Virus record (IMG/VR): IMGVR_UViG_3300010354_000079
Span: 1-64,000 of that record
Strand: one strand, 5' to 3'
Source of the DNA: a virus
Length of the DNA stretch: 64,000 nucleotides
Position numbers and translations under genes: made by a program
The notes under the pieces: generated by a model
What the model was told of the DNA's origin: nothing
Databases searched by the model: none
Seen by the model: only the letters and a program-made list of their open reading frames with translations
In this document: piece after piece, positions 26,318 to 35,674 of the stretch
Position numbering within the stretch: position 1 is the first letter of the stretch
How the letters are laid out: every line of letters begins with the position of its first letter

Positions 26318-26632
26318 TCACCCACGGCGTCTCCGTTGGCGCTTCTGGGGAGGTTTTGCCGGCTCGGCGGGGAAGGCCTGCGACTCAGGCTGGAAGGACC
26401 TTGGTGGCTCGTCCAGGACGCTCAGGGACCATCGCAGAGCGGGCAGCAAGAGAGCCCTCAGCGTTTCCAGCAACTGGGTTACAACAGCGGCTGTTAGAAC
26501 CAAAAAGACAGCGGTTGTTGACACCAGATTCACTGTCTGGTCGGCGAGACCTTTTGCGTTAAAGTTTTTCACGTTGGTTTGATCAAGAGTTAATGTTCTG
26601 TTCCACCTCTCGGTTTTTGGTGCGCAGGGCAA
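26318..26632 (-). CDS. hypothetical protein (104 aa)
   Basis: ORF track. Confidence 0.35.
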   Translation of the reverse strand: MPCAPKTERWNRTLTLDQTNVKNFNAKGLADQTVNLVSTTAVFLVLTAAVVTQLLETLRALLLPALRWSLSVLDEPPRSFQPESQAFPAEPAKPPQKRQRRRRG

Positions 26633-26736
26633 GCTGAGCAGCCATTCGAAGCGTACTCTGCTCTCCTTTCAGCGGGAGACCTTCTCCCCGAAGGGTGTTG
26701 ATTCTAGAGGCTGAACATTTTGCTACGTTAAGCCAT

Positions 26737-27123
26737 TCAATTGCTTTCATTCTTCTCCTTAACTTTTGCAAACTTTTTGCTCAACCTTTCAAATTCTTTG
26801 CGGTCCCTCTCCTCTTGACGGAGCTTTTGTTTTTTAGCATATTCCTTATCCCGTTGTCTCTGTTCCTTCCACTTGGTAACCCTGGCGTTAAACTCTTCGT
26901 CTGTCTCGTCTTCGTACTTTGAAGCCCTCCAAACGATTTCATCTAAATAACCCTCGTACCCTCTTACTACAGCCTCGAAGTAAAGGCTTTCGTACCCCTC
27001 CTCTTTCGCTTGTTGCAGAGGAATTAGCAAGTCGTCAATCGGTATAGAAGAACAATCGCTCAGCAAGTGTCCTAGATCTTTTGTTTTGTGCAACTTCTTG
27101 AGTTTTTCCGTGGGTTTTTTCAT
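26737..27123 (-). CDS. hypothetical protein, charged/coiled-coil C-terminus
   Basis: ORF track. Confidence 0.4.
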   Translation of the reverse strand: MKKPTEKLKKLHKTKDLGHLLSDCSSIPIDDLLIPLQQAKEEGYESLYFEAVVRGYEGYLDEIVWRASKYEDETDEEFNARVTKWKEQRQRDKEYAKKQKLRQEERDRKEFERLSKKFAKVKEKNESN

Positions 27124-27173
27124 ACTTTGAGTTTAGCGTCTGAAACTTGAAAGATGGATGTACGAAGTTGTCC

Positions 27174-27539
27174 CTAAGGTTTGTCACCAAAAAGGTCTTT
27201 AAACCTTGAGTTAATAACTTTCCTGAGAGCCTCAGGGTCTACTCGAATTTTTCGCAGGTGATCCCATGCGTGATCATCGTCAAGGAGGGCCTTAACAACC
27301 TCTCTCTCTTTTTCAACCATCAGCTTCCACCTAGAGTCGGCAGTCTTGGAGAGAGACTCTGCGATATCTTTGTTGTGTTTATCTGTTTCAGGGTCTGCCC
27401 CAACTGAAGGAAATCTTACTTCCCCGTCTGCTCTCTCCCACAAGTCCCATGTTTTAAGGTAAGTTGCCACCTTGTCTAGGTTGATTTCACTATCTGGAGC
27501 TAAATTGTCGTTTGTCATTTTCCAGTTTTCAGCAACCAT
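27174..27539 (-). CDS. hypothetical protein (121 aa)
   Basis: ORF track. Confidence 0.4.
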   Translation of the reverse strand: MVAENWKMTNDNLAPDSEINLDKVATYLKTWDLWERADGEVRFPSVGADPETDKHNKDIAESLSKTADSRWKLMVEKEREVVKALLDDDHAWDHLRKIRVDPEALRKVINSRFKDLFGDKP

Positions 27540-28600
27540 TGATTACTAATTGCCTTGAAGGTGAAGTCAGAGTCGCAAGACTTGAAGACTACTCCTTCGC
27601 GCTTCACCTCAGGGTTAAGGGAAGGACCATCTGCGAAAGATAGCAGGCTTTCCACATTGGCAAAGGACTGCCTTAGGCCATAGCAATGCTCAAGGATGGG
27701 AACGTGAGTTACGTCCGCCCCAAGAGGAACCAGTTCATTCTCAAGCAGGTCGAAACGGGGACTCGGCTTCAGGTGGGATTGAGCGTCGATGTCGAAAACA
27801 TCAAACAGAAAGAACCTTTGACCCTTGACCCTTTCCTGGTTTCCCTGGATTCCTTCGCCAATCAACTCACCCTGAAGGGCAATGTTGCGACCCGTTTTTT
27901 CGTAGAAGGTAATCAGAGCGTCAAGAATGCCTTGATCCCGCGCAGCTTTCCAAAAGCTGTTGGTATCGGATTCCTTCAGGTCAAGATTGCGGCTGCAAAC
28001 GCCTACAACCCCATCCTTCACATAGATCGTGCAAGAGGAACCATCCAGCTTGATGGTAATCTCATAGCCTTCATCCACGTGATCCTGGAAGATTTCCTTT
28101 GCCAGATTTTGGCAACGTTCCTGATCCGTCTTCGGAATCCAGCTTGGGAAGTTTCCGCGAACTTGACCTGCCAGACATGCGGGGATCGGGGCCTCCCACT
28201 TTTGGACTCCAAGAAATTCAGTCAGGTCGTCGCCTTCCTGAAGACCCCTCTCAAAAGCGGTAACATGGTAGCTGAAGTCCAGGTTAAGCTTGAGGGAGAT
28301 AGGCAACAGCAAGCCCTGGCTAACTTGGCCGCGAAGCTTGACGGTCTTGAGGCGTTCGCCCTTCACCCCGTTGTACTCGCGCGGCTCCTTGCCCTTACTC
28401 AAAAACGGAGCGAGCTCGTGGGGGACCCAGCTATCAATTTCAAGGTAGAGTGCCAGGTTGCCCACGGTAAATTCACCCTTCTTCACAACCACGGGCCAGC
28501 CACCTCCAACAATAGCGCATTCAATGGCATCAGCGTCCGGAATGGGGCGAATTTCGGTGATTTGCTTGATGGAAGCAAGTTTTCGAGTTGTTTCAGTCAT
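27515..28600 (-). CDS. ATP-dependent RNA ligase (PF09414-like, large form)
   Basis: ITIKLDGSS (KxDG motif I) with downstream nucleotidyltransferase-like motifs; 361 aa. Confidence 0.55.
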   Translation of the reverse strand: MTETTRKLASIKQITEIRPIPDADAIECAIVGGGWPVVVKKGEFTVGNLALYLEIDSWVPHELAPFLSKGKEPREYNGVKGERLKTVKLRGQVSQGLLLPISLKLNLDFSYHVTAFERGLQEGDDLTEFLGVQKWEAPIPACLAGQVRGNFPSWIPKTDQERCQNLAKEIFQDHVDEGYEITIKLDGSSCTIYVKDGVVGVCSRNLDLKESDTNSFWKAARDQGILDALITFYEKTGRNIALQGELIGEGIQGNQERVKGQRFFLFDVFDIDAQSHLKPSPRFDLLENELVPLGADVTHVPILEHCYGLRQSFANVESLLSFADGPSLNPEVKREGVVFKSCDSDFTFKAISNQWLLKTGK

Positions 28601-28644
28601 TTCCCTTATGTGGAGATTTACGGGTCAGATTAACGAGGAAATTA

Positions 28645-28986
28645 TTACGAATCAGTCCACTGGGTCACAGCCTTCGGTTTAACAACCCATTTAGTCGGAT
28701 TACATTCTGAAGAGGCTGCAAAGTCGATATCCAGGGTTTGATTATCCCGGTCAATCCGAGGGACACCAAACTGGATCTCAGTTTCCCCATAGAAAGGGGA
28801 GTAATCATCGCGGACCCATCGCCAAAATTCAGCAAGGTCAATTTTAATGGTTCCTTCAGTGTTGAATGACATTTTGTTGTTTGCTTCAGGGTCAGGAGTA
28901 CCACTTGGGTGAGACTTCGTTATACAAGTCGACCACATCCTGGAAGCCGAGGGCAACGAGCAAATTGCAAAGGGACTCATCGGCAT
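28645..28986 (-). CDS. hypothetical protein (113 aa)
   Basis: ORF track. Confidence 0.35.
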   Translation of the reverse strand: MPMSPFAICSLPSASRMWSTCITKSHPSGTPDPEANNKMSFNTEGTIKIDLAEFWRWVRDDYSPFYGETEIQFGVPRIDRDNQTLDIDFAASSECNPTKWVVKPKAVTQWTDS

Positions 28987-29125
28987 TCATGTGACCGCAC
29001 TCTTCTCCTTTGTTTTGAGCCAGGTCCAGTTTGGTTTCATCCAGGAGGTCCTTTATCCTGGGATCGCTTTCTGCCAGTGTTCGGATCGGAGTCACAGTTG
29101 CAGCCAAGGTGTCAGGTGAGTTCAT
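28892..29125 (-). CDS. hypothetical protein (77 aa)
   Basis: ATG 6 nt after TATAGT of cassette E11. Confidence 0.4.
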   Translation of the reverse strand: MNSPDTLAATVTPIRTLAESDPRIKDLLDETKLDLAQNKGEECGHMNADESLCNLLVALGFQDVVDLYNEVSPKWYS

Positions 29126-29197
29126 AATATAACTATAGCGCTTTCACCATCGAAAGCAAAGGGGGTAAACCGGCCTCGAAGGTGAGGTTAACCGTCC
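29126..29197 (-). promoter_or_regulatory. cassette E11 (type B; TATAGT, ATG +6)
   Basis: GGACGGTTAACC...GGCCGGTTTACCCCCTTTGC...TATAGTtatattATG. Confidence 0.55.
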
Positions 29198-29203
29198 AGC
29201 AAA

Positions 29204-29389
29204 TCAGGTTTTGAAGGTCTTCATCTTACCGCATCTTGAGCATCTTAACACGTACATTGTGCCTTCGGTTTTACTACTTTCCCCTTCACTTTTCCCAACA
29301 CCCGTCCATACACTCACATAGGGATTTTGTTGAGAAACCTCCCATTTATGGAAGCAACCTTCCTTCAGAAATTCAATCAGACGTTCCAT
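29204..29389 (-). CDS. small Cys/His protein (zinc-ribbon-like)
   Basis: C..H...CSRCGK pattern. Confidence 0.35.
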   Translation of the reverse strand: MERLIEFLKEGCFHKWEVSQQNPYVSVWTGVGKSEGESSKTEGTMYVLRCSRCGKMKTFKT

Positions 29390-29488
29390 TTTCGTTCTCT
29401 TTTAAATTAGCTTTTGTCTCAGCAGCTCTCCAGATGGAGAGATTCACAGCCAATGTAGCTGCCACCAGGAGAAAAGAGAGTAGAATTG

Positions 29489-30070
29489 TCATTTTCGTAA
29501 GATAGTTAAAGTTTGTTCCGGACTCTCCAAAAAGTCCCGAAAGAAAAGTTCGATCTCGGGGTCCCCAAGGTTAAGAACAGGGATTCTGAAAGCCCTTGCC
29601 ATCCGAATTGCTTGGGATGTGCCGCCAACATCCTTTCCACCTCTTGTCCAGCAGATTACAACGTGAGTTCGGGTCTTGCAGTCCCTTCCGCTAATCTGCA
29701 TCGCGTTTCTTGCCATCAGCTTGCGTCCCGCGTTAGAGAGCGCGTTTGGCGCCGGGTGAAACGAATCGACGCTGGCTTTCGCTATGGACCACCCTGGGCA
29801 CTGTAGGTAGTCAAAGTAGGACTTCCCATCGTGCCAACGCCCATTGAACCCGTCCCACGGTAAGTAAATCTCCTTCTTCGTCGAAAACTTCTCAAAAGCA
29901 GAGTCAGCACCGTCAGCACCTCCGGAACGTAGCGTGAACCCCAATTTGTCCATTTTACGAGAGATCTGGTGAATCAAATCGACAACGGTTTCTGGAACTG
30001 ATCTGCTTCCAATACCTGTGTAGATTTTCATCGATTTGACGCTTTGCTCTTCCATTTCAGATTTCCCCAC
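29489..30070 (-). CDS. SLOG/DprA-like Rossmann-fold protein
   Basis: YTGIGSR...LRSGGADGADSAFE resembles the DprA/LOG-type glycine-rich nucleotide-binding motif. Confidence 0.35.
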   Translation of the reverse strand: MGKSEMEEQSVKSMKIYTGIGSRSVPETVVDLIHQISRKMDKLGFTLRSGGADGADSAFEKFSTKKEIYLPWDGFNGRWHDGKSYFDYLQCPGWSIAKASVDSFHPAPNALSNAGRKLMARNAMQISGRDCKTRTHVVICWTRGGKDVGGTSQAIRMARAFRIPVLNLGDPEIELFFRDFLESPEQTLTILRK

Positions 30071-30698
30071 GACGAAACAAATCCCTTAGGTCTTCGACCC
30101 ACCCTGTGTCGTTCGGGTTGCCCAAGTCGATGTCGCTTTCAATGTACCCATTTTCTCCGTCCGGGTCAATACTGTGAAACCACCCAACCTTGTGGTTAGC
30201 ATCAATGTCCAGCGAGGGAGAAAACCGTGGAAGAATCCACTCTAGAACCAAGCCGCCTTCGGACTCAGGGAAGATATAAGGGTGGGGGATTCCAGACATA
30301 AGTCCTTCGCTCAATTCAAAGTACCACTCTTCGAACCAATCCATCAACTCTTTCGAAGGAGCGATTCCGTCTCCGTCGAACCACCCGTCTTGAAGAGCCC
30401 GTATCTCAAAGATACGTTTTCGAAAACTTTCATCACTGTGCATTTTGTTTAGTCTTTTTAGGAGGTCTTTTAGTCTTTCCGGGGTGTCAGCCGAGTTCTC
30501 AATCAGAACTTTAACGATACCTGACAGGGATTCGCAGGATGAAAGAGATCTAGCTACACTATCTTCGTAAACTCCAACTAGACCTTTTACAAGCTCGGTT
30601 TCTCTCTCGAGCTTCCTTTTCTCAAAGTATTCGTCAACCGTTGCCATAAAAGCCTTGAACTCTTCTACCTCCGCGGGAGTTTGCCCATAGTATAACAT
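30057..30698 (-). CDS. hypothetical protein (start trimmed to MLYYGQ)
   Basis: ORF track 30057..30863, trimmed to avoid overlap with 30704..31051. Confidence 0.4.
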   Translation of the reverse strand: MLYYGQTPAEVEEFKAFMATVDEYFEKRKLERETELVKGLVGVYEDSVARSLSSCESLSGIVKVLIENSADTPERLKDLLKRLNKMHSDESFRKRIFEIRALQDGWFDGDGIAPSKELMDWFEEWYFELSEGLMSGIPHPYIFPESEGGLVLEWILPRFSPSLDIDANHKVGWFHSIDPDGENGYIESDIDLGNPNDTGWVEDLRDLFRRGEI

Positions 30699-30703
30699 GG
30701 AAC

Positions 30704-31051
30704 CTAAACTTTTACTTCGGAGGCGTCGAGGATGCCGATCAGTGTGTCGGCGAGGCGTTTGCGTTCGATCGTCGTGCATTTCTGTGAGAAAACTTCGAAT
30801 ATTCGACGAATTTCCGCAGCCTGCACGGAGAAGCACTCTCCTTGCGACTCTTCGAGAAACCACCGAACTCGGTCTTCGACTTCTTTGGCCGTTCCCCCCA
30901 TTTCCTCGTACATTCCTCCGCGTTCAATCCACCGAAAGTATTCACGTAGGGAGGACTCTGCCTCTGCCTTGTATGGAGAACCCGGATAGTTTCCTACAAA
31001 CTTCGACAGAGATGCGGCGAGGTTCTCGGCGTGAGTTTCAAGTCTTTTCAT
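30704..31051 (-). CDS. hypothetical protein (start trimmed to MKRLETH)
   Basis: 1-nt overlap with stop of 31051..31281. Confidence 0.4.
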   Translation of the reverse strand: MKRLETHAENLAASLSKFVGNYPGSPYKAEAESSLREYFRWIERGGMYEEMGGTAKEVEDRVRWFLEESQGECFSVQAAEIRRIFEVFSQKCTTIERKRLADTLIGILDASEVKV

Positions 31052-31281
31052 TAGCGAATGGGAAAGTCTTTGAAAAGAAAAATTACGGCGATGATAACCA
31101 GGATAATTATCAGGATTAGAACGGGAATCCACAAAGGGGACAGGACCCACACCCATGGCCAGGTGATGTGACCTGTGAGTTTCAACCCTATGAAGAGAAC
31201 AGTTAGCAACCCAGGAAATCCGATCCCTGATGAAGAGGGTGATGACATGGTTGTTGAATTGCGTCGGGAACGGTAAGACAT
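31051..31281 (-). CDS. small membrane protein
   Basis: two hydrophobic helices (LLTVLFIGL..., LILIIILVIIAVIFLF). Confidence 0.4.
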   Translation of the reverse strand: MSYRSRRNSTTMSSPSSSGIGFPGLLTVLFIGLKLTGHITWPWVWVLSPLWIPVLILIIILVIIAVIFLFKDFPIR

Positions 31282-31321
31282 TTTCGATGAGAAAGTTAAG
31301 GGTCTGACTTTGTGTTATTAT

Positions 31322-31594
31322 TTACCCCGTACCGGGGCTTTTGAGAACTGCTCTCCATTTCTTAGTCTTTAGGATACCCGTTATGTCTAACCTTGAGTAA
31401 CCAGAGGAGTGAAGATAAACTCTGTGGTGCTCCCCTTCATTAACACAATGTAGAGTGGACTCACCGGTCTTGAGCCAGTGAACAGTGTCTTTCCACCATA
31501 CGACGACTCTTAGGGGTCTCTTTCCGAGGTACCCCTCAGTCCAGCTTACCCTAAACAACGATTTGCTAATCTTTTTAAGATCTCTTCTCACCAT
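31322..31594 (-). CDS. hypothetical protein (90 aa)
   Basis: ORF track. Confidence 0.35.
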   Translation of the reverse strand: MVRRDLKKISKSLFRVSWTEGYLGKRPLRVVVWWKDTVHWLKTGESTLHCVNEGEHHRVYLHSSGYSRLDITGILKTKKWRAVLKSPGTG

Positions 31595-31613
31595 TTCTCG
31601 TGCTCTGAGGGCT

Positions 31614-31862
31614 CTATTTAGTTTGTTTTGACAAGACAGAGTTCACTTCAGAAATAAATGCGTCCTTACACTTTTGAGCGTCAGAGATCCTATTGAAGTC
31701 CTGTCTAAGGGTTTGGCCGTTAATCAAAGTGACTTCTACATAGGTGAGGGCCGAATCTGAGATCATTTCTTTCCGAGTCAACCAAGAAGAGGTTACGCGG
31801 CGGTGTGCTACCGAAGCCACTGAGTTTGCGGAGACTGCGTTCCCCCCAAATTTAACTAGCAT
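31614..31862 (-). CDS. hypothetical protein (82 aa)
   Basis: ORF track. Confidence 0.35.
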   Translation of the reverse strand: MLVKFGGNAVSANSVASVAHRRVTSSWLTRKEMISDSALTYVEVTLINGQTLRQDFNRISDAQKCKDAFISEVNSVLSKQTK

Positions 31863-31868
31863 TACTTT

Positions 31869-32240
31869 TCACTCTGCACTTTTAAAGAAAGCCTTGAGAA
31901 CCTCTTGCTCTTCAGTGGTAAACTTTTCTAGAGCGTTCTTTCGAACCTCCTCAAGTCGTCTTTCATTACGTTTTCTGTGACTGAGCCACCACTCAAAGGG
32001 TTCTTTAGGAAGCTTCCAAACGTAAGTCTGCTTGCAAACTTCTTCAACGAAAGTGGTGACCCGTTCCAGCTCTTTAAATGCCTGACATGCGATTTCCATC
32101 AGCCTGCTAGGGAGTTCTTCGTCGGTAGCTTCAACGCCGTAAAGGTTGAGATTGTTCTTCCTTTGCTGAGGGTGGGACACTTGGAATCTATGCTCCCTTG
32201 GCTCGGGTAGGTCATAAGGGAAAGGATCGCGGCAAGGCAT
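31869..32240 (-). CDS. hypothetical protein (123 aa)
   Basis: ORF track. Confidence 0.35.
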   Translation of the reverse strand: MPCRDPFPYDLPEPREHRFQVSHPQQRKNNLNLYGVEATDEELPSRLMEIACQAFKELERVTTFVEEVCKQTYVWKLPKEPFEWWLSHRKRNERRLEEVRKNALEKFTTEEQEVLKAFFKSAE

Positions 32241-32249
32241 TGTTTTCTC

Positions 32250-32567
32250 TTAGTTGGTTTGGCTTTCGATTATTTGACTCACCGCATCTTGGGCGAGTCT
32301 TCGGCAGTTGCTACGGTGATAGAGATGAGTTACGGCCCAATGCGGATAGCCGTATGCCCCACCAGTATAGCTGTTGTCCCCTGTTTGGTAATCCCAAATG
32401 AAGCATCCGTCTTCATCCACCTCAGCCCCAATTGTTACTAACATGCCGGGGAGAGTTTCCTCTTCGTGAGCCCGGCAGTCGCTCTGGATTTTCCCTTTCA
32501 GGGACTTCAAAAGAGTTTCGACCTCCAGTTGAAAGATCTTGGTATATCGTTTTTTCACTTGGTTCAC
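32250..32567 (-). CDS. hypothetical protein (105 aa, GTG start)
   Basis: GTGA overlap with upstream small gene. Confidence 0.35.
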   Translation of the reverse strand: MNQVKKRYTKIFQLEVETLLKSLKGKIQSDCRAHEEETLPGMLVTIGAEVDEDGCFIWDYQTGDNSYTGGAYGYPHWAVTHLYHRSNCRRLAQDAVSQIIESQTN

Positions 32568-32734
32568 CAGCCTCCGTTCATTCGGTCGTGAATCGCTTCC
32601 TGGTATTCCTCCCAGGTTGGGTAGCGATCCTTAGCCCAGGCGGGCACCTCCTTGAGCAGGGTCTGTGGGGAGGGGCCAGGCAGGTTTCGAGCCTTTTCCC
32701 GATAGTAGGCGTGGTAGGGGGAGTCGTTTTTCAT
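32564..32734 (-). CDS. hypothetical small protein (56 aa)
   Basis: ATG 6 nt after TATAAT of cassette E12; below ORF-track cutoff; antisense to spurious plus ORF 32432..32893. Confidence 0.4.
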   Translation of the reverse strand: MKNDSPYHAYYREKARNLPGPSPQTLLKEVPAWAKDRYPTWEEYQEAIHDRMNGGW

Positions 32735-32740
32735 ACCTTT

Positions 32741-32807
32741 ATTATAGGTCCTTTTCCCTCGGGAGCAAAGGGGGGTAAACCGGTCTCGCAGGTAGGGTTA
32801 ACCGCCC
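32741..32807 (-). promoter_or_regulatory. cassette E12 (type B; TATAAT, ATG +6)
   Basis: GGGCGGTTAACCC...CCGGTTTACCCCCCTTTGCT-N17-TATAATaaaggtATG. Confidence 0.55.
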
Positions 32808-32829
32808 ATTGCCTGAAAGGCGTAGCTAG

Positions 32830-33456
32830 TCACTTGGTCTCTTCATTGCGCAGAATGCGAGCGAGTTTCACCAGATACTCGTCGCTCCCGTAAATCTCTC
32901 TCAGCTTACCAAAGTCCCCTTTATCGATAAGTCCTCGCATCATCGTCGAACTTTCGGAACCTTCGGGTCTCGGAATCAACTGCCCACCGATGCCAAGCTT
33001 TTTGGTCAATCCTTCGAGGTGGTTCTTGCGATCTTCACCAAGGGCGAGAAGAACGTTTTTGGCTCCTTGTTCATCAACAACTTTCTTCAGGGCTTCATAC
33101 GTGTTAGAGGCGTGGATGAATCTCACTCGGGAGACATCCACACCTTGCTGTTTCAGCACGCGACGAAACATCAAATTTCGAAGGTTCCAGTCGACATTGG
33201 TCTTCGCCCCGCTCATGATTACGTTAACCACCTGGGATTTTTCCAGTAGATTCTGAATCACACGAGCGTGTCCAGGAGTCGGGATATTGTACTTCCCCCA
33301 GGTCACCCCGACTTTGAACGGCTTCTCTTTCGCCCCAGTCTCAGTCCCTTTTCGGCACTTTCCTTTCGTACCATAGTATGTTCCGTCAGAGCGGACACAG
33401 CGAGTGAAGTCGAAAACCAGATCTGTCACTTCTTTGCGAATAAATCCGGAATACAT
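32830..33456 (-). CDS. NMNAT-like nucleotidyltransferase fused to the N-module
   Basis: GKYNIPTPGHARVIQ ((H/T)xGH motif) and ESSTMMRGLI (ISSTxxR-like) after N-terminal FDFTRCVRSDGTYYGTKGKCRKGTE. Confidence 0.5.
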   Translation of the reverse strand: MYSGFIRKEVTDLVFDFTRCVRSDGTYYGTKGKCRKGTETGAKEKPFKVGVTWGKYNIPTPGHARVIQNLLEKSQVVNVIMSGAKTNVDWNLRNLMFRRVLKQQGVDVSRVRFIHASNTYEALKKVVDEQGAKNVLLALGEDRKNHLEGLTKKLGIGGQLIPRPEGSESSTMMRGLIDKGDFGKLREIYGSDEYLVKLARILRNEETK

Positions 33457-33487
33457 TACGAAAGCACCATCTAACGGATTTTACCCG

Positions 33488-34213
33488 CTAGTCAAACACT
33501 TCAAAGGGGACAACCTCCCTCTGCTCAACATCGTAAAGTAAAAGTTGGGGTAACCGTTTGTCAAACCAAGACCGGGTCTTCCCTCCACATCCGGCGTCGA
33601 GAACGAGGCTGCGGCCATCGTTAACAACCTTGTGGTAATGGCCCGCTACCAAAATCCAGTCTCGAGGTTCCTTTCTGCGCCACCAGAAACGCTTCCAGTC
33701 AGGTAAAGAGTAGTCCGCCCCCCACAAAAGTTTTCGAGCTTCTTCCGGAGTGGGGTCAAAGTACTTCCAGGTCCCTTCGTAGTCCGGAACCCGTATAGAA
33801 GCCGGAATTTCCGCGTGGGCCACTCGGTATTCTACTCCTCTGGAGTCGCGAAAGGCTACTATGTACGGAAAGGTTTCTAGCCAGCTAGCCACTTCTTGAA
33901 TGCAGATACCGGCCCTTCTAAATTCCTCTACAGTGCGGGCGAGGTCCTTCTTCAAAGGGATCTCTTTCTTGTTCGCCAAACACTCAAGCAGGTGCTGGTG
34001 ATTCGAACGGAGAACGATGGACCCTAGCTCCTTTTGTGAGCTACGGACCGCCATGTAAACAGCTGGCGCGTCCGAAATATTGCATTGGGAATCAAAGAGG
34101 TCTCCGAGAAACAAAGGAGACAGCCCTTTCTCCTTACAGTACAAAAGAGCCTTCTCCAAAGGTCTCGGTTGGGAATGAACGTCCCCGATAATTGCGTATC
34201 TACTTTGCGTCAC
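33488..34213 (-). CDS. calcineurin-like metallophosphoesterase (paralog of 25532..26266)
   Basis: GDVHS, GDLFDS, SNHQ motifs. Confidence 0.6.
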   Translation of the reverse strand: MTQSRYAIIGDVHSQPRPLEKALLYCKEKGLSPLFLGDLFDSQCNISDAPAVYMAVRSSQKELGSIVLRSNHQHLLECLANKKEIPLKKDLARTVEEFRRAGICIQEVASWLETFPYIVAFRDSRGVEYRVAHAEIPASIRVPDYEGTWKYFDPTPEEARKLLWGADYSLPDWKRFWWRRKEPRDWILVAGHYHKVVNDGRSLVLDAGCGGKTRSWFDKRLPQLLLYDVEQREVVPFEVFD

Positions 34214-34431
34214 TTCGGGAGTTTACCACAAACTTTGTCCAGGGTTGTTGGGTCAATTTCTTTGCTTGACGCAAAAGATCTGCAGCTCAGAATTTCGGTC
34301 TTAATTCGGACGTGCTTATCAACAACTGCCATTAAAGGGACAGATAGAAGAAAGGCCACCCCTCCAGTTATCACAATTAAAAAAGCGAGATCGGCAGGGT
34401 CAACTTCTTTATCGAAAAACGGGAATTTCAT
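34210..34431 (-). CDS. small membrane protein
   Basis: hydrophobic core LAFLIVITGGVAFLLSVPLMAVV. Confidence 0.4.
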   Translation of the reverse strand: MKFPFFDKEVDPADLAFLIVITGGVAFLLSVPLMAVVDKHVRIKTEILSCRSFASSKEIDPTTLDKVCGKLPK

Positions 34432-34779
34432 TTACAGCCTCTGCTCTAGTAGACGTTTGATTGTGTCACCGTGGCAACGCTTGGGTGCGCAACAGCACAC
34501 CAACTCCAGCGTTTCGCAGTCCGGTTCCTTTGCGATAGCCAGCAACGTATTGAATTGCTTCAGTTGAGAACCTTCCTCCAGGATCTTAGCTCCCAGCCAC
34601 TCTTCGTAAGCGTCACAGACTCGGTTCCTCTCGCTCTGACTCGCATCTTTCATCACAAAAGGGTTTCCCAAAGGAGTCCCCCTCATAATTGTGACGCGGC
34701 GAACTCCTTCTGGAGGTTGCGTTGGTCGGTTGCCAAGATGGTACTTGTTAACGACTCGGATATCAGACATCTTCTTCAA
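34432..34779 (-). CDS. hypothetical protein, DUF4326-like (C..CxCxP..CHGD)
   Basis: VVNKYH...RGTPLGNPF...CCCAPKRCHGD pattern. Confidence 0.3.
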   Translation of the reverse strand: MKKMSDIRVVNKYHLGNRPTQPPEGVRRVTIMRGTPLGNPFVMKDASQSERNRVCDAYEEWLGAKILEEGSQLKQFNTLLAIAKEPDCETLELVCCCAPKRCHGDTIKRLLEQRL

Positions 34780-34984
34780 GATAAAGGGGATCGAGTCCGA
34801 TCGATACTTCCACAGTATTCATTGGACTTTCCGGGCTAGTGTTAATGTTCCATAGAGCCCCCTTCACCATGTACATCTTACCGTTAAGGGACAAAGCGCT
34901 CCCTAGCTGAGGGATGGCTGGCAATCTAACGGGAACCTTCGTGAGAACGACATCCCACTTGTCGACGAATTTGACTGAGATCAT
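34763..34984 (-). CDS. hypothetical protein (73 aa)
   Basis: ORF track. Confidence 0.3.
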   Translation of the reverse strand: MISVKFVDKWDVVLTKVPVRLPAIPQLGSALSLNGKMYMVKGALWNINTSPESPMNTVEVSIGLDPLYLEEDV

Positions 34985-35340
34985 TTTGTTATGCGCTTTT
35001 GAGATTTAGTTGAACTTCGGGGGAGGTGCCCACGGCGAGCCAGTTCTTCTCTCATCGGTTTTAACCGTTTTTCAGCTTCGTTGAGCTGTCTGCGAATGTC
35101 GACACAGCCAGAACAATCGCAGCTCCAAACCCAGTCCTCCAAGTAGAAGTGGGTTCTTTTTCTCTCTGAGCGATACGCAGATAGCAAACGAGGGGTTGGT
35201 AAAGAGAGGATCGTTTCGAGTGAGTTACGGTTGGGGTCCATTTGTTGAGTGGCAGTATTTCGTCGGCAGTTTGAACAGTTAGACGAGGAGGTCAGTCGTT
35301 TTCGTTTAGGGTGTGAAGTTCTCCAAGATTTAGCGGGCAA
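34981..35340 (-). CDS. hypothetical protein (paralog of 35330..35635; LPTPRLL motif)
   Basis: ILSLPTPRLLSAY vs LLKLPTPRLLKVF in the neighbouring gene. Confidence 0.35.
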   Translation of the reverse strand: MPAKSWRTSHPKRKRLTSSSNCSNCRRNTATQQMDPNRNSLETILSLPTPRLLSAYRSERKRTHFYLEDWVWSCDCSGCVDIRRQLNEAEKRLKPMREELARRGHLPRSSTKSQKRITK

Positions 35341-35635
35341 CGTGTTCCCTCTTATCGAGTTCTGCTTTAAGTTTCTCCTTTAGATTCACTAAATCCCTAA
35401 TCTGCAAAGCCTTGTACAATGGGTTAGACTTAGGGCGACCGTGTTCATCTCTGACCCACCTTGAAATGTCAGCATTTTCAGGAAGGCAGTTAAGCTCCTC
35501 TTCTCGAAGTTTGTAATTGTCCCAGTCCCACTCATTTACCACGCTCAACTGGCCCCGCACTTTTTGAAACACCTTAAGCAACCTAGGTGTAGGTAGTTTC
35601 AGTAGGTAGTTCAGATTGTTGTTGTTTGGGTTCAT
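35330..35635 (-). CDS. hypothetical protein (paralog of 34981..35340)
   Basis: shared LPTPRLL segment. Confidence 0.35.
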   Translation of the reverse strand: MNPNNNNLNYLLKLPTPRLLKVFQKVRGQLSVVNEWDWDNYKLREEELNCLPENADISRWVRDEHGRPKSNPLYKALQIRDLVNLKEKLKAELDKREHVAR

Positions 35636-35674
35636 AGTTTCGTTGGGTGCATGGGAAATAAAAGAGGGAAGCCC